The translations under genes and the position numbers were made by a program. A DNA stretch of 64,000 nucleotides from a virus: the IMG/VR virus record IMGVR_UViG_3300032246_001368, positions 47,584 to 111,583 of that record; one strand, written 5' to 3'. Below are positions 40,834 to 48,405 of this stretch, piece by piece. Position 1 is the first letter of the stretch; the number at the start of each line of letters is the position of its first letter. The notes beneath the pieces were generated by a model. The model had not been told where the DNA came from. It was given only the letters and a program-made list of their open reading frames with translations, and searched no databases.

Positions 40834-41085
40834 ATGAAAAATAAAGCATACCAATTCACCGAGATGTCCGAAGAAGAGCGTTCCATGCATCTCTTCTATA
40901 CGATCGAAGGAATGATCGAAAGCCTCCAGGAGATTAGCAATGAGATGGATCCTGAGTCTCCTACCGGATGCAGTCGCCTAGCCCTCATATCTGATATGGA
41001 AGAGAAGATAGAGGCTCTTTACAATCGAGTTCATAAGGACTTTATCTCTAACAAAACCAAGAACGCAATCGCCTACTCTATCTAA
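40834..41085 (+). CDS. Early-type hypothetical protein
   Basis: ATG 35 nt after TTGATC. Confidence 0.6.
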   Translation: MKNKAYQFTEMSEEERSMHLFYTIEGMIESLQEISNEMDPESPTGCSRLALISDMEEKIEALYNRVHKDFISNKTKNAIAYSI

Positions 41086-41087
41086 AC

Positions 41088-41279
41088 ATGACCTATCGCC
41101 AATTCATTAAGCAGATGCAAGACCAGTACGAAGAGCATCTGGACGATCAAATGAAGCTGCAATCGACGCACGACAATGCGCTATACAGCGTTTTCTGCGG
41201 CCGAGTGGCACAGAGTGACGCCCCTTACGATGACATCAAAGCTGATGATCTCATCATGATGATCGACAATTACAATTGA
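41088..41279 (+). CDS. Hypothetical protein
   Basis: Coupled ORF. Confidence 0.55.
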   Translation: MTYRQFIKQMQDQYEEHLDDQMKLQSTHDNALYSVFCGRVAQSDAPYDDIKADDLIMMIDNYN

Positions 41280-41401
41280 TTGGGGGTTGACCTTTCCCCG
41301 GTAATCCCTTATTATATATACATGCTTAAGAAACACCACGGAGGTATAACCCTACGGTTTACCCGGAAATCCATTCGAGCAACCCTAACCCTTTCCTAGT
41401 A

Positions 41402-42070
41402 ATGAAGAAGAAGAAACCTAAGAAGCTTTCCCGGAAACAAGCCATTGCCGATTCCCGGGTACCTGTAAAGATTTCCCGGAAACGTATCCCTAAGAGCGAG
41501 CGTATCAATAAGGCTAACCAGTTCGAATACCTAGGAATCAATACCTGGGTAAAGACTTTCCAGGGAACTAACAAGTTTCCCCACAATAAGATTACCTGTG
41601 CTGAGTGTAGGCATAATACGGTTTCCATGTTTGGTAACCAGTTAGCCAATTACCTGGTAAAGTATAATGGAGATGTCTATAAGCTCCTCACAGAGTTTAA
41701 GTGCCGGCTATGTCGTTCCCTGGATAAGGAGAACATCAAGATCAAGGAGCCTAAGGTAGAGAAGGAAAAGAAAACCCAGGAAAAGGTATTCCTTTCCCCG
41801 GAAGAATGGGAGGCTCGTAAGGAGGAGGTCCGTAAGACCCTTCCTAAGATGAACCCTAACTACGAGACCGTTCAGATCGATCTTACTAAGGATAAGAAGA
41901 TGTGTTCCCAGGTAACCGCTATGGCATGCTACCGTCCAGACATCTTCCTTGATCGTGGATGTGCCGAGTGTGTCCTGGCTAAGAACTGTGCCTGTCCTAT
42001 TAAGGATCTCAATCGTATTCCAGATAACCGTCCAAGGAAATTCAAGCGAGCAGTGACGAAAGCCGCTTGA
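41402..42070 (+). CDS. Basic Cys-rich (putative Zn-binding, nucleic-acid-binding) protein
   Basis: CAEC, CRLC, C..ACYRPD..CAEC..CAC; Lys-rich. Confidence 0.6.
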   Translation: MKKKKPKKLSRKQAIADSRVPVKISRKRIPKSERINKANQFEYLGINTWVKTFQGTNKFPHNKITCAECRHNTVSMFGNQLANYLVKYNGDVYKLLTEFKCRLCRSLDKENIKIKEPKVEKEKKTQEKVFLSPEEWEARKEEVRKTLPKMNPNYETVQIDLTKDKKMCSQVTAMACYRPDIFLDRGCAECVLAKNCACPIKDLNRIPDNRPRKFKRAVTKAA

Positions 42071-42101
42071 CATTTCCCAGGAACTATACTATTATTCTTA
42101 T

Positions 42102-42329
42102 ATGCACGTATGGCAATCTAAACAAGTCTTGAAAACAGCTAGCACCTATCAGGTACCTAGTCACGTCAAGAACAGGACCAAGTCTATCTCCAATGAAGAT
42201 TGGGAGAGGCAGGTTAAGGAATTCAAGTACAACAAGTTAGTCGTACTCGATAAGGTACCCAAGGCAGTCAGAAAGCCAAGGGAGGACGGTAAACAAACAA
42301 ACAACACAGAAAGGAAAAACAGACAATGA
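42102..42329 (+). CDS. Hypothetical protein
   Basis: Promoter immediately upstream. Confidence 0.5.
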   Translation: MHVWQSKQVLKTASTYQVPSHVKNRTKSISNEDWERQVKEFKYNKLVVLDKVPKAVRKPREDGKQTNNTERKNRQ

Positions 42330-42565
42330 CGACAATGACATCTAATAACACGATCGTTCGTAGCATCAGTGACCTCACCGGCACCGCAGTCTCCAGCCGC
42401 ATTGGCAAGACCGCAAAGCTTGAGTTGGTCTCCGAGAGCATCAACGAGAGCCGTTACGAGATTCTTGGCATCGTTGGCCGTAGTAACAATGTCATGTTGC
42501 GCCCACGTTTCTATAACGTTCGCAATAAGGCAGGTCAGTTCACTACTCGCCGCCGTAGCCGATAA
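42326..42565 (+). CDS. Basic hypothetical protein (RNKAGQF tail)
   Basis: ATGA-coupled; followed by terminator. Confidence 0.55.
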   Translation: MTTMTSNNTIVRSISDLTGTAVSSRIGKTAKLELVSESINESRYEILGIVGRSNNVMLRPRFYNVRNKAGQFTTRRRSR

Positions 42566-42576
42566 TCCCAATCGTT

Positions 42577-42615
42577 AAAAGGGATCTAGTAAAATAAAAC
42601 CTAGATCCCTTTTTT
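42577..42615 (+). terminator. Intrinsic terminator
   Basis: AAAAGGGATCTAG / CTAGATCCCTTTTTT. Confidence 0.75.
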
Positions 42616-42651
42616 CTTGAACTTTCCCACTCAATCCCTTATTATATATAC

Positions 42652-42903
42652 ATGATTGATTCAAACCTGTATCGTAAGATTGAAATGGCTGGTGAGGCTC
42701 TCTTGAATGATTTCGAGTTGACTCATCCGGATATGAGTGGTGATCAGATCCGTACAGATCTTCTTCTTGATCATGCAACTAAGATCATGCATATGAGTGT
42801 AGATAATGATCTCCTCGAAGGGATTATCGATAAGGATCGCGAAGACGATCCTGAGCACAAAGCTCTTCTCCTAACCTCTGGAGCATATTTCGTAACCCTC
42901 TAA
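42652..42903 (+). CDS. Acidic hypothetical protein
   Basis: ATG 35 nt after TTGAAC. Confidence 0.6.
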   Translation: MIDSNLYRKIEMAGEALLNDFELTHPDMSGDQIRTDLLLDHATKIMHMSVDNDLLEGIIDKDREDDPEHKALLLTSGAYFVTL

Positions 42904-42911
42904 CCCTTTAT

Positions 42912-42989
42912 GCCTCGGTAGTCCAATTGGCAGCAGACAAGCGACTTAAAATCGCTCCAGTGCGGGTTCGAATCCCGCCCGAGGTACCA
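42912..42989 (+). tRNA. tRNA-Leu(TAA), short variable loop
   Basis: Acceptor GCCTCGG/CCGAGGT-A-CCA; anticodon arm AGCGA-CTTAAAA-TCGCT; GGTTCGAATCC. Confidence 0.85.
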
Positions 42990-43369
42990 CTTTCAGATTG
43001 ACCTTTCCCACCAATTGCTTTAATATATAAACAATGAAACACCTCCTACACCTCCTTGGTTACACTCAACGTAAGCCTTCACTCCTCCTCATGCACATGT
43101 GTGACGTTACTCACAGCTCCTGGATACAGGATCTCTATCGTACCAACCGCATTAACGATTATCTTATTAAGTAAGAGTTGAACTATCCCACTAAACGGAG
43201 TATAATAATATTATGATCATTGAATTCACCCCTGGCAAGATGCCAAAGAGTAAAGAAGCTTTAAAGGATATTATCCTCGAGGCAGTCAAGAAGTCTTCAA
43301 CGAACCCTGAGACCGTTAATGCCGGCCGACAGTCCCAGGATAACAATACAAAGGCCGGCGTTCCTCATC

Positions 43370-43588
43370 ATGCAAACTAAAGTCACACTCACGGATCTAA
43401 TTCGTAACATCTTAAATACAGAACAGGAACTATCCGTAAAAGATATCCTTACTAAAGTACAAGAGACTATTGCAGGAGAGCAACTAACCATACAGGCCGA
43501 CTACCGTAAGGTATATCGTCACCTGCGTACGTGTGCGACTAAGACGGCACGAGGTCAGTTCTCCCTCACCGAGACCTCTGCCTCCTAA
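43370..43588 (+). CDS. Winged-helix-like small protein
   Basis: LTDLIRNIL...ELSVKDIL...VYRHL...RGQFSL. Confidence 0.5.
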   Translation: MQTKVTLTDLIRNILNTEQELSVKDILTKVQETIAGEQLTIQADYRKVYRHLRTCATKTARGQFSLTETSAS

Positions 43589-43611
43589 AGGTAAGTCTCG
43601 GCAACAATACT

Positions 43612-43705
43612 ACTGGGTTAATGTAATTGGAAGCATCGACAGACTTATAATCTGTGTTCGCCAGATTAGCGACGAGCGAGGGTTCGATTCCCTCACCCAG
43701 TACCA
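43612..43705 (+). tRNA. tRNA with TAT anticodon (Ile) and long variable arm
   Basis: ACTGGGT/ACCCAGT-A-CCA; ACAGA-CTTATAA-TCTGT; variable-arm stem TCGC/GCGA; GAGGG-TTCGATT-CCCTC. Confidence 0.8.
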
Positions 43706-43726
43706 ATTTCAAAACAAACAAATTAT

Positions 43727-43900
43727 ATGGAAGATACAAACACATCAAAAGAAGCAAAGGTATTCCAACTCTGCCAAGACCTGGAAGACATGAGAGACCG
43801 TAAGAAGGCATCTGGTAAAGCCTTTAACGATGAGATCAAGCGTATTCAAGCTGAGATCAAGGATCTAATTGATCCAACGGAACCTGAAGAGGCTCCTTAG
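43727..43900 (+). CDS. Small coiled-coil protein (57 aa, not in ORF track)
   Basis: MEDTNTSKEAKVFQL...IQAEIKDLI; fills gap between tRNAs. Confidence 0.55.
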   Translation: MEDTNTSKEAKVFQLCQDLEDMRDRKKASGKAFNDEIKRIQAEIKDLIDPTEPEEAP

Positions 43901-43907
43901 TAATTTC

Positions 43908-43980
43908 GCCCTTGTAGCTCAATGGTCAGAGCAGATCCCTCATAAGGATTAGGTTGGGGGTTCGAATCCCTCCGGGGGCA
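43908..43980 (+). tRNA. tRNA-Met/Ile2 (CAT), no encoded CCA
   Basis: GCCCTTG/CGGGGGC-A; GATCC-CTCATAA-GGATT. Confidence 0.85.
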
Positions 43981-43987
43981 CACTTTA

Positions 43988-44017
43988 GCATCTATCGTTC
44001 AACGGATAGGACAGGGC
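43988..44017 (+). pseudogene. 5' half of interrupted tRNA (probably Arg)
   Basis: GCATCTA acceptor strand + D arm GTTC-AACGGATA-GGAC + GGGC; pairs with 3' half at 44633-44669. Confidence 0.75.
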
Positions 44018-44027
44018 AAGACTTTAC

Positions 44028-44101
44028 GTGCCAGTAGCTCAATCGGATAGAGCAACGGTTTTCTAAACCGTAGGTTGCAGGATCGTACCCTGCCTGGCAC
44101 A
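44028..44101 (+). tRNA. tRNA-Arg(TCT), atypical T loop, no encoded CCA
   Basis: GTGCCAG/CTGGCAC-A; ACGGT-TTTCTAA-ACCGT; T loop ATCGTAC. Confidence 0.8.
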
Positions 44102-44590
44102 GTCTTTCAATAATCCATTATCAAACTCCCAATGGCAATTAGGACATAAAGGAATAACATTCTCTATAGAATTAATATCCCTCAATAAAGCATCGTCATT
44201 GAAAGAAGATATAGGTTTGATATGACAAAGTTCTATGTGCTTATCATACCCACAATTCAAACATTTATTACCTAAAAGAGGTTTTAACCAAGACCTAGCC
44301 ATTCCTCTTATATGTACATATATAGATGATTGATGCAAACCTTTTAAACATTCTCTAGATTTATAGTATCCCAATGTTCTGTCTTTATAAGATTCTTTCA
44401 AAGAACTTTTATATTCTTCCCAATGTTCTTTACATAAACTAGAATTCCATTTATGAGTAATGTTATCACATCTAGTACATTTCCTTTTACGAATTCGTTT
44501 GGGTGATGTCTTATTGGTATAAGTAGCCGCACAAGACCTTGAACAGAATTTTGGATTTGAAGTTTCTTCTTGACAATTAACACATTTCAT
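44063..44590 (-). CDS. HNH endonuclease with N-terminal Zn-finger
   Basis: KFCSRSCAATYTN; CLNCGYDKHIELCHIKP ... NVIPLCPNCHWEFD; start reassigned to MKCVNC after TAAGTA. Confidence 0.85.
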   Translation of the reverse strand: MKCVNCQEETSNPKFCSRSCAATYTNKTSPKRIRKRKCTRCDNITHKWNSSLCKEHWEEYKSSLKESYKDRTLGYYKSRECLKGLHQSSIYVHIRGMARSWLKPLLGNKCLNCGYDKHIELCHIKPISSFNDDALLRDINSIENVIPLCPNCHWEFDNGLLKDCARQGTILQPTV

Positions 44591-44632
44591 ATAATAATAC
44601 TTACCGTAATAGAACATATTATTTAAAACAAA

Positions 44633-44669
44633 AGCCTCAATGTTGGTTCGATTCCAACTAGATGCACCA
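44633..44669 (+). pseudogene. 3' half of interrupted tRNA
   Basis: AGCCT-CAAT-GTTGG-TTCGATT-CCAAC-TAGATGC-A-CCA. Confidence 0.75.
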
Positions 44670-44673
44670 TTTT

Positions 44674-44745
44674 GGAATCGTAGCTCAACGGTAGAGCAGT
44701 AGACTTTTAATCTATTGGCTATGGGTTCGAGTCCCATCGATTCCA
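44674..44745 (+). tRNA. tRNA-Lys(TTT), no encoded CCA
   Basis: GGAATCG/CGATTCC-A; GTAGA-CTTTTAA-TCTAT. Confidence 0.9.
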
Positions 44746-44826
44746 CTTTAATACAGAGGCATAAAATAATAACGCCGGCCTCTCTATTAACGTGAATTTT
44801 CCCACGTAAAGATTTATACTTATAGT

Positions 44827-45027
44827 ATGAAAAATGAAATGAACCGACACGAGAAGCTTGAATGGCTCTATGAAACCTGTGCCACCAGCTTCCTTCAAAA
44901 CAACCTCATTCAGGAAATGGTTACCTGGATGGGAGAGGATGAGTTCGATAAGTTCTACGAACACCTTTGCCGCAATTGGGAGATTGCTCGAAGCCCAGAA
45001 GAGCTAGCAGAGAAGATGTTTTCTTAA
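44827..45027 (+). CDS. Early-type hypothetical protein
   Basis: Leaderless promoter. Confidence 0.6.
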   Translation: MKNEMNRHEKLEWLYETCATSFLQNNLIQEMVTWMGEDEFDKFYEHLCRNWEIARSPEELAEKMFS

Positions 45028-45087
45028 CGGGGCAAGGGGGGAGAGGTTGTGGTGGCCTTTCCCCCCTAAATCCTAGATAATAAATGT

Positions 45088-45312
45088 ATGAAAAATAAGA
45101 AAACGTTCGAAGAAATCATGACAGAGTACAGGGCCCTGGGCGACATGATGCGCACCATGGTTCGTAACACAGCCGTAATGGAGCTGAGAGAGTGGGGCTT
45201 CGAGGAGATCGGTTCCTCAGATGTTAACTGCCAGATCGTCGACCTCTACAACAGCTACGGAGGATTCGACGAGATCGTACGCCACGGCCTCGAACTCGTA
45301 AGGACCCACTAA
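45088..45312 (+). CDS. Early-type hypothetical protein
   Basis: Leaderless promoter. Confidence 0.6.
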   Translation: MKNKKTFEEIMTEYRALGDMMRTMVRNTAVMELREWGFEEIGSSDVNCQIVDLYNSYGGFDEIVRHGLELVRTH

Positions 45313-45500
45313 TATGATCACCATCAAAGTAACCTTATCAAACGGCAACCGTTGGACCACAGGCTTCAACGGGACCCTCCAAGACGCAGAGACCTACTAT
45401 GTCGGTAGGTACTTCGAGACCGCAGACGAGCTTCATTCCCATGAATGCGTCAGAGTCGAATTGATTTGAATTTCCCCCATAAACCAAATATAATAATAGT

Positions 45501-45824
45501 ATGAAAATTAAGAACGCCCGAATGCAGTGGAGTCAATCAATGCGCTCCAAGAAGTCCGTCATGTACTTCTTTCCTACCGGAGAGACGATCCTCGATAATC
45601 TCGCTCAGCGTCGTAAGCGTCCTGTAAAGGAGTTTCGAGCGCTTATACCTCAAGTATGCGCAGCTGTTGGTATTACCAATATGCAAGACCTGAAGTTTAG
45701 CTGGAGCCAGAAGGCTGGATGCTCTTGCGGTTGCTCTCCAGGATTCGTAGTTAAAGGTCTCTATTGCAAGGACATCTTCGTCGATGTTACCATGGAGAAC
45801 GACTTCGAAGGTCTTGGACTCTAA
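45501..45824 (+). CDS. Conserved phage protein (WSQKAGCSCGCSPGF motif)
   Basis: Recurrent phage early-protein motif; own promoter. Confidence 0.65.
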   Translation: MKIKNARMQWSQSMRSKKSVMYFFPTGETILDNLAQRRKRPVKEFRALIPQVCAAVGITNMQDLKFSWSQKAGCSCGCSPGFVVKGLYCKDIFVDVTMENDFEGLGL

Positions 45825-45876
45825 GATTGTTTTTCCCACCTAAACCCATTATACTATAGGAACAATCAAACACCAC

Positions 45877-46143
45877 ATGAAGAACACTGACCCCACACAA
45901 AACTGCACAGACGCCCTTATCCTTTTGGTCAACAATGACGAATGGCTTCACCAGAGCTGGAGGAAGACTCTCCGCGCAGGCAATATGGTCCACGTTAAAG
46001 ATGCCTTGGAAGAGGCTGGATTCACCTACACTCCTTTCCAGTGGCAGGCTCTAGAGTTCGAGTTCGAGGACGAGCTTCAGGCTGAAGAGGATGCACAAGA
46101 GGCTAATGAGTTCTTCGTTGAGCTGTCCACATCAAACAACTAG
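45877..46143 (+). CDS. Acidic early-type protein (L..NNDEWL motif)
   Basis: Promoter upstream. Confidence 0.6.
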   Translation: MKNTDPTQNCTDALILLVNNDEWLHQSWRKTLRAGNMVHVKDALEEAGFTYTPFQWQALEFEFEDELQAEEDAQEANEFFVELSTSNN

Positions 46144-46152
46144 AATAGACTC

Positions 46153-46377
46153 ATGATTAAGAAAGAACACAGAGACAGAACAGTAGACGAACTCGTAGAC
46201 CTCTATCAGAAAGAGCTTGAGGCTCAAGGACTTACAGGAGCTGATAAGTGGGCTCGCTTAGCAGGAATGATCCAGGGACATTTCTCCTTCAGCATGACTT
46301 GGATGGGGACCAAGAAGGACATACAACAATCTCTCAACAATGTGGTAAATGATCTCGAAAAGAAGCTCACAGCCTAA
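46153..46377 (+). CDS. Hypothetical protein
   Basis: Coupled ORF. Confidence 0.55.
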   Translation: MIKKEHRDRTVDELVDLYQKELEAQGLTGADKWARLAGMIQGHFSFSMTWMGTKKDIQQSLNNVVNDLEKKLTA

Positions 46378-46501
46378 ACCTTTAACATAGAACATTTTAT
46401 GAAGAACACCAAAACAGTAATAGCAGCAATCGCAACACTCCTCCTCTGTGCCGCAGCCATTAAGGATTGAATTTCCCCCATAAACCTAATATACTAATAG
46501 T

Positions 46502-46762
46502 ATGAACAATAAGAACACCACATACAAAGGAGAAGCAGCAGTCCTCAAGTACCAAGAGATGGTAGAAGAGATCGCAGCCCTAGGCGAGAGCTACATCCTC
46601 ACCGAGATCGAGATCAAGAACAATACATTCAAGCAAGAGCCTAACCTCTACAAGCGCATGGCCCTCCTAGGAGAGATCACGATGCTTGAGAAAGCTCTCA
46701 AGGCCATCAAAGACATAGAGGCTGCAGACAAGTATCTTCTAAGTCAGACAGATAAGAGCTAA
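46502..46762 (+). CDS. Early-type hypothetical protein
   Basis: ATG 35 nt after TTGAAT. Confidence 0.6.
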   Translation: MNNKNTTYKGEAAVLKYQEMVEEIAALGESYILTEIEIKNNTFKQEPNLYKRMALLGEITMLEKALKAIKDIEAADKYLLSQTDKS

Positions 46763-46860
46763 TAACATTTCATAGCGGGTGGGTCGAGGGAGGAGACTTG
46801 TGGTGGGTCTCCTCCCTCTTTGCTGTTGAGATTCCCCCATAAAGGTCTTATAATAATAGT

Positions 46861-47235
46861 ATGAAAATTGAGAACACCACACCTACTGAAGCTCAAATCG
46901 AACTCGCCGGCTACCTCCTCACGCGCGAGACCATCTTCATCGAAGAGTGTGAGGCCGATATCAAAGCCGGCAAGACCGTCTGGTATGGAGTCGCCAGCAC
47001 GAGCCTAGAGGACATCATGGGTCTTACCCCCTACCGTAGCGGCTATAAGGACATCGCCGAGTATGAGTACCAAGAGGACCTCATTGAAGCTAAGGAGGCT
47101 CGTAAGAACTGGTACTGCGATCAACAGGATGCCTGGGAAGAGGAACAAAAGAAAGAAGAGGAAGCTCACCAGAAGGCCCTCAGAGAGTATGTAAAGACTG
47201 AATACCAACCACTAGGAGTCCCAGTCCTAGTGTGA
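46861..47235 (+). CDS. Acidic early-type protein
   Basis: ATG 35 nt after TTGAGA. Confidence 0.6.
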   Translation: MKIENTTPTEAQIELAGYLLTRETIFIEECEADIKAGKTVWYGVASTSLEDIMGLTPYRSGYKDIAEYEYQEDLIEAKEARKNWYCDQQDAWEEEQKKEEEAHQKALREYVKTEYQPLGVPVLV

Positions 47236-47278
47236 TTGGGGTATTGCCTTTCCCCCTTACAGCTTATATAATAATAGT

Positions 47279-47515
47279 ATGAACAATAAGAAATACGATG
47301 AACGTCACGGAGGCCCTTACGATCGCGGACACGCCGACAGCTACTACCGTCGCTCCAGGGAGCCTCACTACTACATGGCTGGCACTGGAGGCTCCCCACG
47401 CATCGAGGAGGCCAATATGACGCCAGAGGAGATCGAAGCCTACCATGCCGGCTATGATGCCAATGAGGCCGAGGGAGACTTCAAGGACTATGGATGGGGA
47501 GGAGGCCGCTACTAA
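47279..47515 (+). CDS. Conserved small phage protein (RHGGPYDRG.ADSYY.R family)
   Basis: Recurrent motif, MTPEEIEAYHAGY. Confidence 0.7.
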   Translation: MNNKKYDERHGGPYDRGHADSYYRRSREPHYYMAGTGGSPRIEEANMTPEEIEAYHAGYDANEAEGDFKDYGWGGGRY

Positions 47516-47522
47516 GGGTCTT

Positions 47523-47652
47523 AGCGACCGGTTGTTACCAAGCTCAAGATAACAACCGGTCGTAATAGCAACCAGGGGTAATACGATACCGACCGGTATT
47601 AAAGGACCCCGGACGTTCAAATTTGGTATATAGGGTAACGACCGGTCGGTAA
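47523..47652. repeat. Four GACCGGT-core sites arranged as two inverted pairs
   Basis: CGACCGGTTGTTA/TAACAACCGGTCG and TACCGACCGGT/ACCGGTCGGTA. Confidence 0.8.
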
Positions 47653-47745
47653 CCCGGGGGGGCGATCTCGGGTACCCGGGGTATAGGTATATGAGGTTAT
47701 ATAAGGTTATATAAGGATATACAAAGATCCGCGCTAAATAGTATC

Positions 47746-47874
47746 ATGACCAATAAATTTGATACTGTATACGAAAAACAGATGCATTGCTGGAAGGGGT
47801 ATAAGAAGAAAGGTACTAAGAAGCTTTCCTCTGGGAAGACCGTTAATAACTGCGTAAAGAAAGATTCTAAGTAA
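47746..47874 (+). CDS. 42-aa protein with CWKGY...NCV motif (not in ORF track)
   Basis: MTNKFDTVYEKQMHCWKGYKKKGTKKLSSGKTVNNCVKKDSK; TAAATA upstream. Confidence 0.65.
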   Translation: MTNKFDTVYEKQMHCWKGYKKKGTKKLSSGKTVNNCVKKDSK

Positions 47875-47917
47875 ATTGTTCTTGTCTTTCCTTTATAGAT
47901 TCCTTATAATAGAGGCT

Positions 47918-48103
47918 ATGAAGAAAACAACTATTAAGTTCCGCGACAACAAGTATCCATTCATGACTACTCTTATTGGTGGTACCTTTAAGATGAATGC
48001 TCTTATGGGTGTTAATACCTTTAGGAAGCTGAAGGCCTTGGGTATGCGTTATAGTCAGCATAAGATGGCCAATGGAAAGATCCTGGCTGTCCGTACTGCC
48101 TAA
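47918..48103 (+). CDS. Small basic hypothetical protein
   Basis: Promoter upstream; hairpin downstream. Confidence 0.55.
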   Translation: MKKTTIKFRDNKYPFMTTLIGGTFKMNALMGVNTFRKLKALGMRYSQHKMANGKILAVRTA

Positions 48104-48110
48104 TATTAAT

Positions 48111-48148
48111 AGGGGCAGTTTAATATCATGTTGTATTAAACTGCCCCT
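48111..48148 (+). terminator. Stem-loop (terminator-like)
   Basis: AGGGGCAGTTTAATA / TATTAAACTGCCCCT. Confidence 0.6.
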
Positions 48149-48160
48149 CTATTAACTCAC

Positions 48161-48367
48161 ATGATTGATTCTAAACGTATAGCTGTTAAATTAGGTCACT
48201 TCTCTTGTGGAAGGGGTATCTTTGATAGAGAGGGTAAGAAGTATGTAAATCCTCATACCTCTGGAGATGATGTGTATCTTGAAGATCCTACTAACTACAA
48301 GTATATAAAGTATGAGAATGGTAAATTTGTAGATAGTGATGGATTTGTTATCTATATAACCTTTTAG
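48161..48367 (+). CDS. Hypothetical protein
   Basis: ORF in + run. Confidence 0.5.
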   Translation: MIDSKRIAVKLGHFSCGRGIFDREGKKYVNPHTSGDDVYLEDPTNYKYIKYENGKFVDSDGFVIYITF

Positions 48368-48405
48368 TTATTGCCCTTTCCCTTATAATTTAATATTATA
48401 TATAC

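Noticed and set aside
44018-44632. Group I intron in the split tRNA
   Set aside because: No recognisable P7/catalytic core; the interval is filled by a tRNA and an antisense HNH ORF.
44591-44746. N-terminal extension of the HNH ORF given in the ORF track
   Set aside because: It is the antisense of tRNA-Lys and the tRNA 3' half; the likely start is ATG 44590 after TAAGTA.
45049-45057. TTGTGGTGG as a Chi site
   Set aside because: Does not match GCTGGTGG or GNTGGTGG and was seen only as a hairpin loop.
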